Below, piece by piece: positions 1 to 7,722 of a stretch of DNA of 60,181 nucleotides. The DNA is taken from IMG/VR virus record IMGVR_UViG_3300025889_000126, positions 1 through 60,181 of that record. One strand, given 5' to 3'. Position numbers and translations under genes: made by a program. The DNA comes from a virus. Lineage: Duplodnaviria; Caudoviricetes. Each line of letters starts with the position of its first letter. The stretch's first letter is position 1. Under the pieces are notes generated by a model. That model made no database searches. It was given only the letters and a program-made list of their open reading frames with translations, and was not told where the DNA came from.

Positions 1-334
1 CACAGCCTGTATTCTGACCACCTGCCATTGGGCTTGATTGGTAAATAACATAGGTATTAGCAGCTAAAAATATGTCAGCATTAAGCTTTACTCTATCTGT
101 TGCACCTGTAACTGCTGCTTCTGTAACCGTAGCAGCTAATCCTGTTTGTGTATTATAAACAATATCGCCAGGATAAACATTTAATGCTTGAAAATCCTTA
201 GTCGCATCAACTAGATAGTTTGCGACAACAGCACCTGAAGTACCACTTGTGTTTACTGCCGGATATGGTATGTCAGCATCATCTGATTTTACAATTGCTA
301 ATGCTCTACTTGGTTGTATTCTTACGTTTGCCAT
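1..334 (-). CDS. virion structural protein, N-terminal part (continues across the junction into 59887-60181)
   Basis: ATG at 334 gives MANVRIQPSRALAIVKSDDADIPYP...IYQSSPMAGGQ, reading in frame into the end-of-contig ORF. Confidence 0.75.
   Translation of the reverse strand, partial: MANVRIQPSRALAIVKSDDADIPYPAVNTSGTSGAVVANYLVDATKDFQALNVYPGDIVYNTQTGLAATVTEAAVTGATDRVKLNADIFLAANTYVIYQSSPMAGGQNTGC
6..131. repeat. terminal overlap (circular assembly), copy 1
   Basis: 126 bp identical to 60056-60181; only the first 5 nt of the contig differ from the corresponding end sequence. Confidence 0.95.
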
Positions 335-507
335 TATTTGTTATTATTATATGGAAATAATCTATTTAATGAGTCTCTTCTTTTATCGCATCCACAGTCT
401 TGCCCTGTAGCTTTTGATACTGTCTCAACAATTTTTTTAATTCCTGTGGCTTTGGTGATTTTCTCGATGGTATCTCCTATGCCTCTACTTTTTGTCATTA
501 TGCTCAT
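334..507 (-). CDS. small basic hypothetical protein (57 aa, DCGC motif)
   Basis: Manually translated MSIMTKSRGIGDTIEKITKATGIKKIV...DCGCDKRRDSLNRLFPY; TAATG coupling to the next gene; missing from the ORF track. Confidence 0.75.
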   Translation of the reverse strand: MSIMTKSRGIGDTIEKITKATGIKKIVETVSKATGQDCGCDKRRDSLNRLFPYNNNK

Positions 508-509
508 AG

Positions 510-845
510 TTATACTTTTTTTACTCTGTTCCCCATACCAACAATTGATTTCTCTCTTTTCTTACTCTCTAGCTTTGCAGGACTAATCTCGCTCTTTGTC
601 TTTGGAGTCTGTGCAGATACTCTCTTTGTCGGTCTGCAATACTCATTTTTCCCTCCTGCCCCACAAGGCTTATTTGTTTTTGTATCAACCCATTTCTCTT
701 TCTCCCATCTTTTTAGGCTTGTACCCTTCTCGGACTTCACGACATTCCCTGACTCCTTGCGACACTTGGCTATAGCCTGTGATGCTCTTGCCGATGGGAA
801 CACATCGTACTGTGCTTTTACTTTTTTATAGCAACTATCCTTCAT
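510..845 (-). CDS. basic hypothetical protein (DUF5872-like, recalled)
   Basis: LKRWEKEKWVD...CG...YCRPTKRVS..TPKT motif. Confidence 0.6.
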   Translation of the reverse strand: MKDSCYKKVKAQYDVFPSARASQAIAKCRKESGNVVKSEKGTSLKRWEKEKWVDTKTNKPCGAGGKNEYCRPTKRVSAQTPKTKSEISPAKLESKKREKSIVGMGNRVKKV

Positions 846-1135
846 TAGTACTTTCCTTGTCTGCCTTTAGGGTTACTTGTTGTATGTTTGCCTGGCCCCC
901 CCCACAAATGCTTGCAAGCCCAGTATCTTGGTGTTAGCTTGTCGTCTGCTGAGTCGCATTTATGCCTTGCTTTAAAGCTTTTTCTAGCTGCCGCTGAGTA
1001 GTTGTTACCATAACCCTTGGCACCAAAATGCAAAAGTTTCTCTTGCCCACCAGAGCAAGCCTTAACCATCATCTTTTTTCCTGGTCGGTCAGATGATCTA
1101 GGGCTATTGCATTTCATTGTCGCTTTATTTGCCAT
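845..1135 (-). CDS. basic hypothetical protein
   Basis: HFGAKGY...RKSFKARHKC...YWACKHLW motif; translationally coupled. Confidence 0.7.
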   Translation of the reverse strand: MANKATMKCNSPRSSDRPGKKMMVKACSGGQEKLLHFGAKGYGNNYSAAARKSFKARHKCDSADDKLTPRYWACKHLWGGPGKHTTSNPKGRQGKY

Positions 1136-1292
1136 ATTTGCTTCTATAGTCTCTTGATTGTAGTCCTACTTTGTGAGGATGTACCTCTTCTTGCTTGGTC
1201 TCTTCTACCTTTTCCTCTTGTACCTCTTCAGATACCACAGGTTGCTCAATTACCTCTTCCTCTATGACCTCTTTTTTCTTTGACTTAGCCAT
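1125..1292 (-). CDS. small Glu-rich hypothetical protein (55 aa)
   Basis: Manually translated MAKSKKKEVIEEEVIEQPVVSEEVQEE...; fills the gap in the operon. Confidence 0.65.
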   Translation of the reverse strand: MAKSKKKEVIEEEVIEQPVVSEEVQEEKVEETKQEEVHPHKVGLQSRDYRSKYGK

Positions 1293-1296
1293 GATT

Positions 1297-1566
1297 TTAC
1301 TTTTTTAAGGTTGCTCTATTTGTAAATGGATTGTATTTGTAGTCTGACTTTGGTTTTCCTGACGCTTTTGCTGCTCTATCTATCGCTCTTTCGCTTGCAG
1401 TCATCTCATTTCGCTGTATCCCTTTTGCTGTGAGTGTCTTACCGTCAGGTTTCATGTCACCACGCTTAATTAAGATTGCTTTTGCTCGGTCTATGGAACC
1501 AACCTGCGCTGCAAGCCGGTACACAAGTTGGTTTTTGCCCATAAACTTTTGAGTCTCTAGTTTCAT
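1297..1566 (-). CDS. basic hypothetical protein
   Basis: 89-aa ORF in a tightly packed minus-strand operon. Confidence 0.7.
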   Translation of the reverse strand: MKLETQKFMGKNQLVYRLAAQVGSIDRAKAILIKRGDMKPDGKTLTAKGIQRNEMTASERAIDRAAKASGKPKSDYKYNPFTNRATLKK

Positions 1567-1567
1567 A

Positions 1568-1738
1568 CTAGTAGCCTTTCTTCGCAGGCATTGCTTTTTT
1601 AGAACCTCCTTTTGTCATCTTGTTGGTAGCTGCTGTTTTGCCAGCCTTTTTAGCCATTGGAGCCATCTTGTCACCACCAGCAGCCATCTGCATACGAGAA
1701 GACATTGGAAGATTTGGAGTTGATGTTGTCTTTTTCAT
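1568..1738 (-). CDS. small K/A/M-rich basic protein (56 aa)
   Basis: Manually translated MKKTTSTPNLPMSSRMQMAAGGDKMAPMAKKAGK...PAKKGY. Confidence 0.65.
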   Translation of the reverse strand: MKKTTSTPNLPMSSRMQMAAGGDKMAPMAKKAGKTAATNKMTKGGSKKAMPAKKGY

Positions 1739-1750
1739 GAAAAATCGGTT

Positions 1751-1978
1751 TTATCTATTTTTAAATTGATTACCCAATGTTGCTAATCCTGATATTTTTG
1801 GAATAGATGCTTGATTACTTCTCTTTCTTCCCATCATAGCCTTTATTCTAGCATTTTCATTCTGCATATCAGTAATCATTTTTACCTGTTTATTGCTAAA
1901 TGTAATATCATTCAGCTTTTTAGCTAAGTCTATGCTCCCAGAAACAGGTTCTTTCTTGGTTTTTTTATCGTCTGGCAT
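1751..1978 (-). CDS. hypothetical protein
   Basis: 75-aa ORF just downstream of a TAnnTTTG promoter. Confidence 0.65.
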   Translation of the reverse strand: MPDDKKTKKEPVSGSIDLAKKLNDITFSNKQVKMITDMQNENARIKAMMGRKRSNQASIPKISGLATLGNQFKNR

Positions 1979-2000
1979 ATGAATATTTTTTTATTTCGGT

Positions 2001-2031
2001 CAAATATAATAAGTTTTCTTCATTATATTTG
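2001..2031. promoter_or_regulatory. back-to-back Bacteroidota-type promoters (-7 boxes)
   Basis: TATATTTG on the minus strand at 2001-2008 and on the plus strand at 2024-2031, between divergent genes. Confidence 0.7.
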
Positions 2032-2058
2032 TATAAAATTCAATAAAATTTAATAAAA

Positions 2059-2505
2059 ATGGCTACACCACCCAGAGATTATCTGAAATATTACAAGGTA
2101 ATACGTCAGTACTTTAAGGCAAAACATAAAATATCACAGGCAGAATTGGATGTTTTGATATTTATGTATTCCGAAGGATACTTTACCAGAGAAAGATTCG
2201 ATGAATTTGATCGAATATTAACTTGGAATAAGGAAAGGTTTCAAAAATTGCTTGATGATGGATGGTTTGAAATCTTTCGAAAGAAAGGGCGAGGAACGGC
2301 AGTTATATACAAAATGAGTGACAAAGGGAGGCTTCTCATTGCTGACTTATACAGAAAGCTAAATGGAGAAGACATCCCTGTGCAGAAATGCAATAACCCT
2401 ATTTTTCTAAAAAGAAAAGCTAAGTATAGCGAGAAGGTTTACAAAGATATGATTATTGAAATGAATAACTTTAACAAACAACAACGACGTCGGTCTCCCG
2501 AATAA
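2059..2505 (+). CDS. MarR-like winged-helix DNA-binding protein
   Basis: ISQAELDVLIFMY...QKLLDDGWF...VIYKMSDKGRLLI pattern; the only plus-strand gene in this block. Confidence 0.6.
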   Translation: MATPPRDYLKYYKVIRQYFKAKHKISQAELDVLIFMYSEGYFTRERFDEFDRILTWNKERFQKLLDDGWFEIFRKKGRGTAVIYKMSDKGRLLIADLYRKLNGEDIPVQKCNNPIFLKRKAKYSEKVYKDMIIEMNNFNKQQRRRSPE

Positions 2506-2728
2506 TTGTATGTTGCTCATTATTGATGATCATTGTGAATGAGAAGCCTTTGTCGTAGTAAACAACGTCCCCCTCTTTTATCACAGATACATCGGTACCA
2601 GGTTTTACTACCTTTCCCTTTTTATATCTGAACTGGCTAGCATCGTCACCTGAAAGGATGATGCCTGAATCTGTTTTAATCTCTTCGTCAATTGACGATA
2701 CGACTATGTATTTTCCTATTGGTTGCAT
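2471..2728 (-). CDS. groES: co-chaperonin GroES (Cpn10)
   Basis: MQPIGKYIVV...KTDSGIIL...GKVVKPG...IKEGDVVYY...IIRETDV. Confidence 0.9.
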   Translation of the reverse strand: MQPIGKYIVVSSIDEEIKTDSGIILSGDDASQFRYKKGKVVKPGTDVSVIKEGDVVYYDKGFSFTMIINNEQHTIIRETDVVVVC

Positions 2729-2738
2729 TAGATTAAAT

Positions 2739-3287
2739 TTATGGTAAAAGAAAAAACGTTACTTCTCCGACTTTTTTGTAGAACTTCAGAGTCCTAAACC
2801 ATCTCCTATTCTTCTCGGAGATGATGCTCATATTGCAGAAGGCATAGATTCTTGGATCACTTTCTCTGAGACCATTCTCTACTAAGTCCCTCGCAATTGC
2901 TTTGTGTATACTAGTTGGCTCAGCTTTCCACCAGACATAGCTATCTAGATTCACACCGCTGTATGCTCTTGGGTATGTTATTGCTTTTATGACACTAGCT
3001 TTCATCATCTCTGCTCTGACCATTGCAGATATAGCCATGTATCTTAGACCCTCTACGTCAGTTGAGTCAGGTGTCTCTGACATTAGCATCTTCGCCATCC
3101 AGTCTACCTCGGTCCACTCAGCCTTTGGCTTTTTATTGATAGAGTAGTCTAATACCACCTCCTCTTCTTCTTCCTCAACAACCTCTTGTACCGGCTCCTC
3201 CCGATATTGTATCTCTTTCTTTTTTTGTATTGGATTAGAAAGGGAAAATGCCGCAATAGACAAGAATAAAAAAATTGCATATTTCAT
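2739..3287 (-). CDS. cell wall hydrolase, SleB/Hydrolase_2-like, with signal peptide
   Basis: N-terminal hydrophobic segment; MAKMLMSE (catalytic Glu position)...VR...ITYPRAYS...C-terminal KVGEVTFF. Confidence 0.65.
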   Translation of the reverse strand: MKYAIFLFLSIAAFSLSNPIQKKKEIQYREEPVQEVVEEEEEEVVLDYSINKKPKAEWTEVDWMAKMLMSETPDSTDVEGLRYMAISAMVRAEMMKASVIKAITYPRAYSGVNLDSYVWWKAEPTSIHKAIARDLVENGLRESDPRIYAFCNMSIISEKNRRWFRTLKFYKKVGEVTFFLLP

Positions 3288-3309
3288 ATTAGATTAAATT
3301 TAATTAGAC

Positions 3310-3336
3310 AAAAAGGGGCTGAGTCTCCTCAACCCC
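3310..3336 (-). terminator. intrinsic terminator
   Basis: GGGGTTGAG-GAGA-CTCAGCCCC-TTTTT on the minus strand after the aaRS-like gene. Confidence 0.75.
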
Positions 3337-3357
3337 AATAACACTTAAAAAACCAAA

Positions 3358-4206
3358 TCAAATCAATTTATTTATCTCCATAGCTCTAATAAGGCGAGTA
3401 ATACCAATACCCCCACCTACTCTTGGGATAAATTTATTTTGCAAGAACTCCTCAAGCTCATCTATCACTCTACTGTAACTGAATAGGTCAAATAGCTTCT
3501 CAGCATATTTGCCATCCTCAATAGAGTAGAACGTCTCCTTCATCTTTTTCGCATCGCAGCTGCGCTCTGCCGATCCTATTGTCTCCTGACCGCAGAGGAT
3601 TACGTCAATCTTTTTAGCAAGACCTGTGTCCTCATTTCTAGCCATATTCCAGAATGGATTGGTACGCTCTGGGAAGTTCATTAACAATACCGCATCAGAA
3701 TGGTTTCTATATAAAGCATTCTCTATGTCATTGTCAATGATACTAACGCCATACTCATTGCATACGTCCTCATACTGCATCTCTTTAAGATCATTAAAGC
3801 CTAAGAATTTTACAAGCTTTTTCTCCATGTCTATAAGCTCGTCCATACCTCCATGAAACTCAAACTCAAACATTGGGAAGATCATGCAGTGGCGACCCTC
3901 GATTGGATACTCCTCATTGCGATAGCTCGTTGACAAGCAGTAGAACCCCTTCTCCTCTGGCTGAGTCAATAGCTCATGCTCTAACCACATCTGCCCAGTC
4001 TGCGGTAGAGGATAGATATTGTGGTTGTAGGTAAAACTAGCAATGCTATGCGGATTCTCGCAGGCTGCCAATATGCTAAGCCTATTTTGAGTGTGTACCT
4101 CAAGCATATCAAATTCATCAAAGAACTGTCTTAATTTTTTTACTACAGCAGTAAATTTTTTTGCGTCAATGTGTGGGTAAAACGATGAATGCAAAGAATG
4201 TTTCAT
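3358..4206 (-). CDS. class II aminoacyl-tRNA synthetase paralog (Asp/Asn-RS catalytic domain only; AsnA/EpmA-like architecture)
   Basis: Motif 1 LRQFF..MLEVHT, motif 2 SYRNE..IEGRH..F.MFEFE, motif 3 GGGIGITRL; no N-terminal OB anticodon domain; likely start MKHS at 4206. Confidence 0.85.
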   Translation of the reverse strand: MKHSLHSSFYPHIDAKKFTAVVKKLRQFFDEFDMLEVHTQNRLSILAACENPHSIASFTYNHNIYPLPQTGQMWLEHELLTQPEEKGFYCLSTSYRNEEYPIEGRHCMIFPMFEFEFHGGMDELIDMEKKLVKFLGFNDLKEMQYEDVCNEYGVSIIDNDIENALYRNHSDAVLLMNFPERTNPFWNMARNEDTGLAKKIDVILCGQETIGSAERSCDAKKMKETFYSIEDGKYAEKLFDLFSYSRVIDELEEFLQNKFIPRVGGGIGITRLIRAMEINKLI

Positions 4207-4231
4207 TTTTGAAATTTGTTTTAAATATGAA

Positions 4232-4591
4232 CTAATATTTCTTCCCATGCTTATATGGCCTTGATGAATTGTACATAAGTTTTGATGTCACATGGAAGTC
4301 TATGTCAATCCTAAAGCCACCACACATATCAAGCAGTCGGATGACAGCGTCAGCTATCTCATCCTCAAAACTGTCCTTGACATGATGCTTAAATGCCTGT
4401 ACAGTGTCGTCAGACTCAATATAAGCAACTTTGTCACTATGGGTGCATAGTTTACCTGCCCGATGCGCCTCAAGTGCCTCAGACAGCTCTGTAACGACAA
4501 GCATGAGCGTCTCGCCAACATTGCGCTCATTGTCCCAGAATCCTCTGGCTTTATTCCCCTCAAAAATATTTTTAGCTAATGTATTAAGCAT
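4232..4591 (-). CDS. MazG-like nucleotide pyrophosphohydrolase
   Basis: LMLVVTELSEALEAHR...EDEIADAVIRLLD...KLMYN..RPYKHGK. Confidence 0.85.
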   Translation of the reverse strand: MLNTLAKNIFEGNKARGFWDNERNVGETLMLVVTELSEALEAHRAGKLCTHSDKVAYIESDDTVQAFKHHVKDSFEDEIADAVIRLLDMCGGFRIDIDFHVTSKLMYNSSRPYKHGKKY

Positions 4592-4596
4592 TGGTC

Positions 4597-6240
4597 TTAT
4601 TGTTTAGCGTTAGAGATCTCAAAGCTCCTACCCATTGTGATGATGGCATTGGTGCTAAGAATTGTTGATGCCACGCTTACTGCATTTTGCAGAGCGCTCC
4701 TTGTGACCTTGAGTGGGTCAACGATACCCATCTTGATTAGGTCCCCGAACTCACCGGTCTTGACATTATACCCATGCCCATCAGGCACCTTGTCGTATCC
4801 CTCAGGAGTAAAGAACTCATACACCTCCTCAAAGTTAAGCCCAACATTTTTTAGTATCTGTTTGATTGGAGCCTCAAGTGCTGCGTCCATGATATGCCAC
4901 GCTACGTTCAGCTCATGGTTGTCATACTCACCCAATAGCTTACTATGGTCAATCTCAAAGAGCGCTTTGCCGGCACCTGGAAGGATACCCTCCTCTAATG
5001 CAGACCTTACTGCGCATACTGCATCGTCAACTCGATCATACAGCTCCTTTTGCTCCAGGTCAGTATTACCCCCGACATATATCACACCGATACCACCAGT
5101 AAGCGAAGCGATGCGCTCAAGTATGAAGTCCTTGTCAGCCTTGCGCTTTGCAATAGCATGAGCTGCCCATAGCTGCTTGACCCTCTCGTCAACCTGCTCA
5201 GGTTTAGCTCTCGCATCAGACTTGAGGAGAATGGTCTTGTCAGATGAGACAATAACTTTTGCCGCATGGCCCAAGTCAGCGTAGTTGATGAGCGACAAGT
5301 CGTCACCTGTTTTCTCGCTGAAGTAGTTAGCCCCAACACTTATTGCGATGTCCTGCATCAGCTCGTGCTGTTTATACCCAAAGTTAGGCGGAGCAATAGC
5401 GCAGACCTTTACGTTCCCTTTGACAACATTTGCCGCAAGGGTATTAACCACATTGGTACTGCATGGTGAGATAATGAGCAGCTTTTTGCCCTCAGTAATG
5501 ATTGGCTTTAGTATGTTCTCAATCTGCAAGATATTACTTATCTCAATGTCGCACACCAATACCATCACGTCCTCAAATACACACTCGTCCTTTTTTTGGT
5601 CGTTGATGAACATATTTGACAGATAACCCCTGTCAATCTTTAGACCCTTAGTGGTCTCCGCATACGTCTCATGGGTCTGACTCTTCTCCACCGTAACAAT
5701 ACCATCTCTTCCGATGTCCTTATACACCTCAGCGATTATTCGCCCTATCTCCTTGTCATTGTTAGCTGATATTGTTGCCACGTCAACAATCATCTTATTC
5801 GTCACTTTCTTGGCCTTTGCTGACAACTGACTGACCACCTCATTACACATACTATGCAAATGTCTTAGCACCGCAGTGCGGTTAATGTCAGGCGTAAGTC
5901 TCTTAGTCCCCTCAATGACCATCGCTTCCGTTAGGATTATTGAGGTGGTCGTCCCATCCCCTGCACTGGTAGCGGTACGCTCAGCTGCCTCCTTCATCAT
6001 CCTAACCGCAAGGTTCTCCACAGGATCAAATAGGTCAACAGCCTTGGCAACTGTAACCCCATCCTTCGTAACCGTAATTCCATGTGTGTGATGCGGTGAC
6101 TCAATTAACACCGTATTTCCCCCTGGGCCAAGGGTACTCTTTACTGCATCCGCAATCTTAGTGATGCCATCAATCAACTTGTTGCGCCCCTTCTCTCCAA
6201 AGACCAAGTCCTTGGGTGAATAGCCTGTACTGTCAAACAT
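4597..6240 (-). CDS. groEL: chaperonin GroEL (Cpn60)
   Basis: TLGPGG, VTKDGVTVAK, AGDGTTT, GIVDPLKVTRSALQNAVS; no C-terminal GGM tail. Confidence 0.97.
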   Translation of the reverse strand: MFDSTGYSPKDLVFGEKGRNKLIDGITKIADAVKSTLGPGGNTVLIESPHHTHGITVTKDGVTVAKAVDLFDPVENLAVRMMKEAAERTATSAGDGTTTSIILTEAMVIEGTKRLTPDINRTAVLRHLHSMCNEVVSQLSAKAKKVTNKMIVDVATISANNDKEIGRIIAEVYKDIGRDGIVTVEKSQTHETYAETTKGLKIDRGYLSNMFINDQKKDECVFEDVMVLVCDIEISNILQIENILKPIITEGKKLLIISPCSTNVVNTLAANVVKGNVKVCAIAPPNFGYKQHELMQDIAISVGANYFSEKTGDDLSLINYADLGHAAKVIVSSDKTILLKSDARAKPEQVDERVKQLWAAHAIAKRKADKDFILERIASLTGGIGVIYVGGNTDLEQKELYDRVDDAVCAVRSALEEGILPGAGKALFEIDHSKLLGEYDNHELNVAWHIMDAALEAPIKQILKNVGLNFEEVYEFFTPEGYDKVPDGHGYNVKTGEFGDLIKMGIVDPLKVTRSALQNAVSVASTILSTNAIITMGRSFEISNAKQ

Positions 6241-6258
6241 AATAGATTTGATTTAATT

Positions 6259-6510
6259 TTATAAAATGTTAATCAGATATACCAATAGCGCACCTAACGC
6301 ATACCCCACTCCAGAGACTAATGCCAATTTAATCCTGTCAGACCAACCCTTTGCCTCAATCTGATAAGCAATAAATGGCAACCCAAGAAAGGGACCAACG
6401 AATGCCCAAAAGATCATCGCAACACTTCTGTCAGCTACAGTCGCTATGTACATAGTCGAAGCCACCTCAATGGTGAATGCCGCAAGCGCAACTATTAAAT
6501 ATTTCTTCAT
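6259..6510 (-). CDS. small membrane protein
   Basis: About three hydrophobic segments in 83 aa; follows a promoter. Confidence 0.7.
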   Translation of the reverse strand: MKKYLIVALAAFTIEVASTMYIATVADRSVAMIFWAFVGPFLGLPFIAYQIEAKGWSDRIKLALVSGVGYALGALLVYLINIL

Positions 6511-6514
6511 GCCA

Positions 6515-6522
6515 CAAAGATA
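6515..6522 (-). promoter_or_regulatory. Bacteroidota -7 promoter box (TATCTTTG) for the chaperonin operon
   Basis: Matches TAnnTTTG a few nt upstream of the ATG at 6510. Confidence 0.6.
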
Positions 6523-6634
6523 ATACTACTTTTGAAATAACCAAAACCGATTTTACTATTTTCATTTCCTATATTCTATATATATTTTATTATAATACGC
6601 GAATTTATTTTTAAATATCATTTTGGTTTTATTT

Positions 6635-6724
6635 TCGACATTTTCGACATTTCTCTTAATAATCAATTATTTATATCAATATAATTGACATTTTATTGAC
6701 ATTTTTTATGTCAGAAATCGACAT
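6635..6724. repeat. iteron-like GACATT element, copy A
   Basis: TCGACATTTTCGACATTT...TAATAATCAAT...ATTGACATTTTATTGACATT, shared with 16584-16662; AT-rich flanks. Confidence 0.8.
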
Positions 6725-6860
6725 AATATTAAATAATAATAAGAAATATATAGAAATAGTACACGACATCCACTACGTTTTATGTATTATTCTTGAAAAC
6801 CTGTATTAAATATGTATCAAAAAATGAAATTGTTGATGTGGTCTATAACCCCAATATTCC

Positions 6861-6890
6861 AAAAAAAAATGGCACCCCGAAGGATGCCAA
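6861..6890 (-). terminator. intrinsic terminator with cUUCGg loop
   Basis: TGGCATCC-TTCG-GGGTGCCA followed by a T-run on the minus strand. Confidence 0.85.
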
Positions 6891-6919
6891 ACCAAAACTA
6901 ATTATGAAACACTGACTAA

Positions 6920-7081
6920 CTACTTCTTATCTATAACAGACCATATTCCACCGACCATCGTCATAATTCCACCAATAATCTCAGCAGCAATACCATCATC
7001 CAACAATCCCTTCGCTACCAACACACCACCAATAAATGTTAAACCATGGCGTACAATCCCTAACATAATCTCCTTCTTCAT
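6920..7081 (-). CDS. small two-TM holin-like protein (53 aa)
   Basis: Manually translated MKKEIMLGIVRHGLTFIGGVLVAKGLLDDGIAAEIIGGIMTMVGGIWSVIDKK; RH.LT..GG motif of putative phage holins. Confidence 0.65.
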   Translation of the reverse strand: MKKEIMLGIVRHGLTFIGGVLVAKGLLDDGIAAEIIGGIMTMVGGIWSVIDKK

Positions 7082-7326
7082 AACTTAATTTTATACGATG
7101 ACATAATCATTTCCTTAGCCTCACTCATCATCTCTCCCCTCGAATATCCCTCCGCTATCATACTCACCTTCTCCTCACGCTTCGCCATCTTCCTAGCCCT
7201 TGCCATCTCAGCAATGCCAGTCTCCCCACATGGCCTATTGTTAATCAACCTGCCATTCTTCATGGTCAAGCCATCTCCTCCAGCATAATTGCCGTAAATA
7301 CTGTTCGAAATTCCTTTTACTCTCAT
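7078..7326 (-). CDS. hypothetical protein
   Basis: 82-aa ORF after a promoter; ATGA overlap with the next gene. Confidence 0.7.
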   Translation of the reverse strand: MRVKGISNSIYGNYAGGDGLTMKNGRLINNRPCGETGIAEMARARKMAKREEKVSMIAEGYSRGEMMSEAKEMIMSSYKIKL

Positions 7327-7358
7327 AGCTATAAAGTTTAAATTGTTAACGTTGAATG

Positions 7359-7366
7359 CAAAGGTA
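7359..7366 (-). promoter_or_regulatory. Bacteroidota -7 promoter box (TACCTTTG)
   Basis: TAnnTTTG upstream of the 7326 start. Confidence 0.6.
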
Positions 7367-7669
7367 ATGAAAATTTTTGAATAAACAAATAGAGGTTTTG
7401 GGTACTATAGCGGTTTGGCGCAGCCGGCCGCTATCGGAAAGTGGGATTTTTTTCGATGGGGGGGGGTGCTGTTTTGCCTTGGCTTGTCGGATTTTTTGGC
7501 ATTTTTGTAGACGTCGGTTACGTCGTTGCTGTCGTATATCTATGTGCTACTGCTGTGCTGCTGTCTGTCTATCGTTTGCCGTATACGTCGCACACTTCGT
7601 ATGTCTCTCGCTGCTGCTGTCGCTTTGCTTACAATCTAAACAAACCTTAGTGTTAAACTTACACTAACC

Positions 7670-7722
7670 TTATTGTACTTTTTACAATAACTGATCTTAT
7701 GTTATTGTACTTTTTACAATAA
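7670..7722. repeat. tandem identical palindromic operator-like sites
   Basis: TTATTGTA-CTTTT-TACAATAA at 7670-7690 and 7702-7722. Confidence 0.8.

Noticed and set aside
6-131. Biological direct terminal repeat
   Set aside because: It falls mid-gene and its length is typical of assembler overlap
3358-4591. PurZ/MazZ-type Z-genome base-substitution pathway
   Set aside because: The ligase is class II aaRS-like, not adenylosuccinate-synthetase-like, and there is no phage DNA polymerase or dATPase evident
4637-6091. Antisense and alternative-frame ORFs within groEL (and similar ones throughout the structural arm)
   Set aside because: Shadow ORFs of long genes, with no motifs or leaders
7377-7667. 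Plus-strand ORFs 7377-7667 and 7441-7650
   Set aside because: They derive from low-complexity GTCG/CTG sequence with implausible Cys/Val-rich products and no leader
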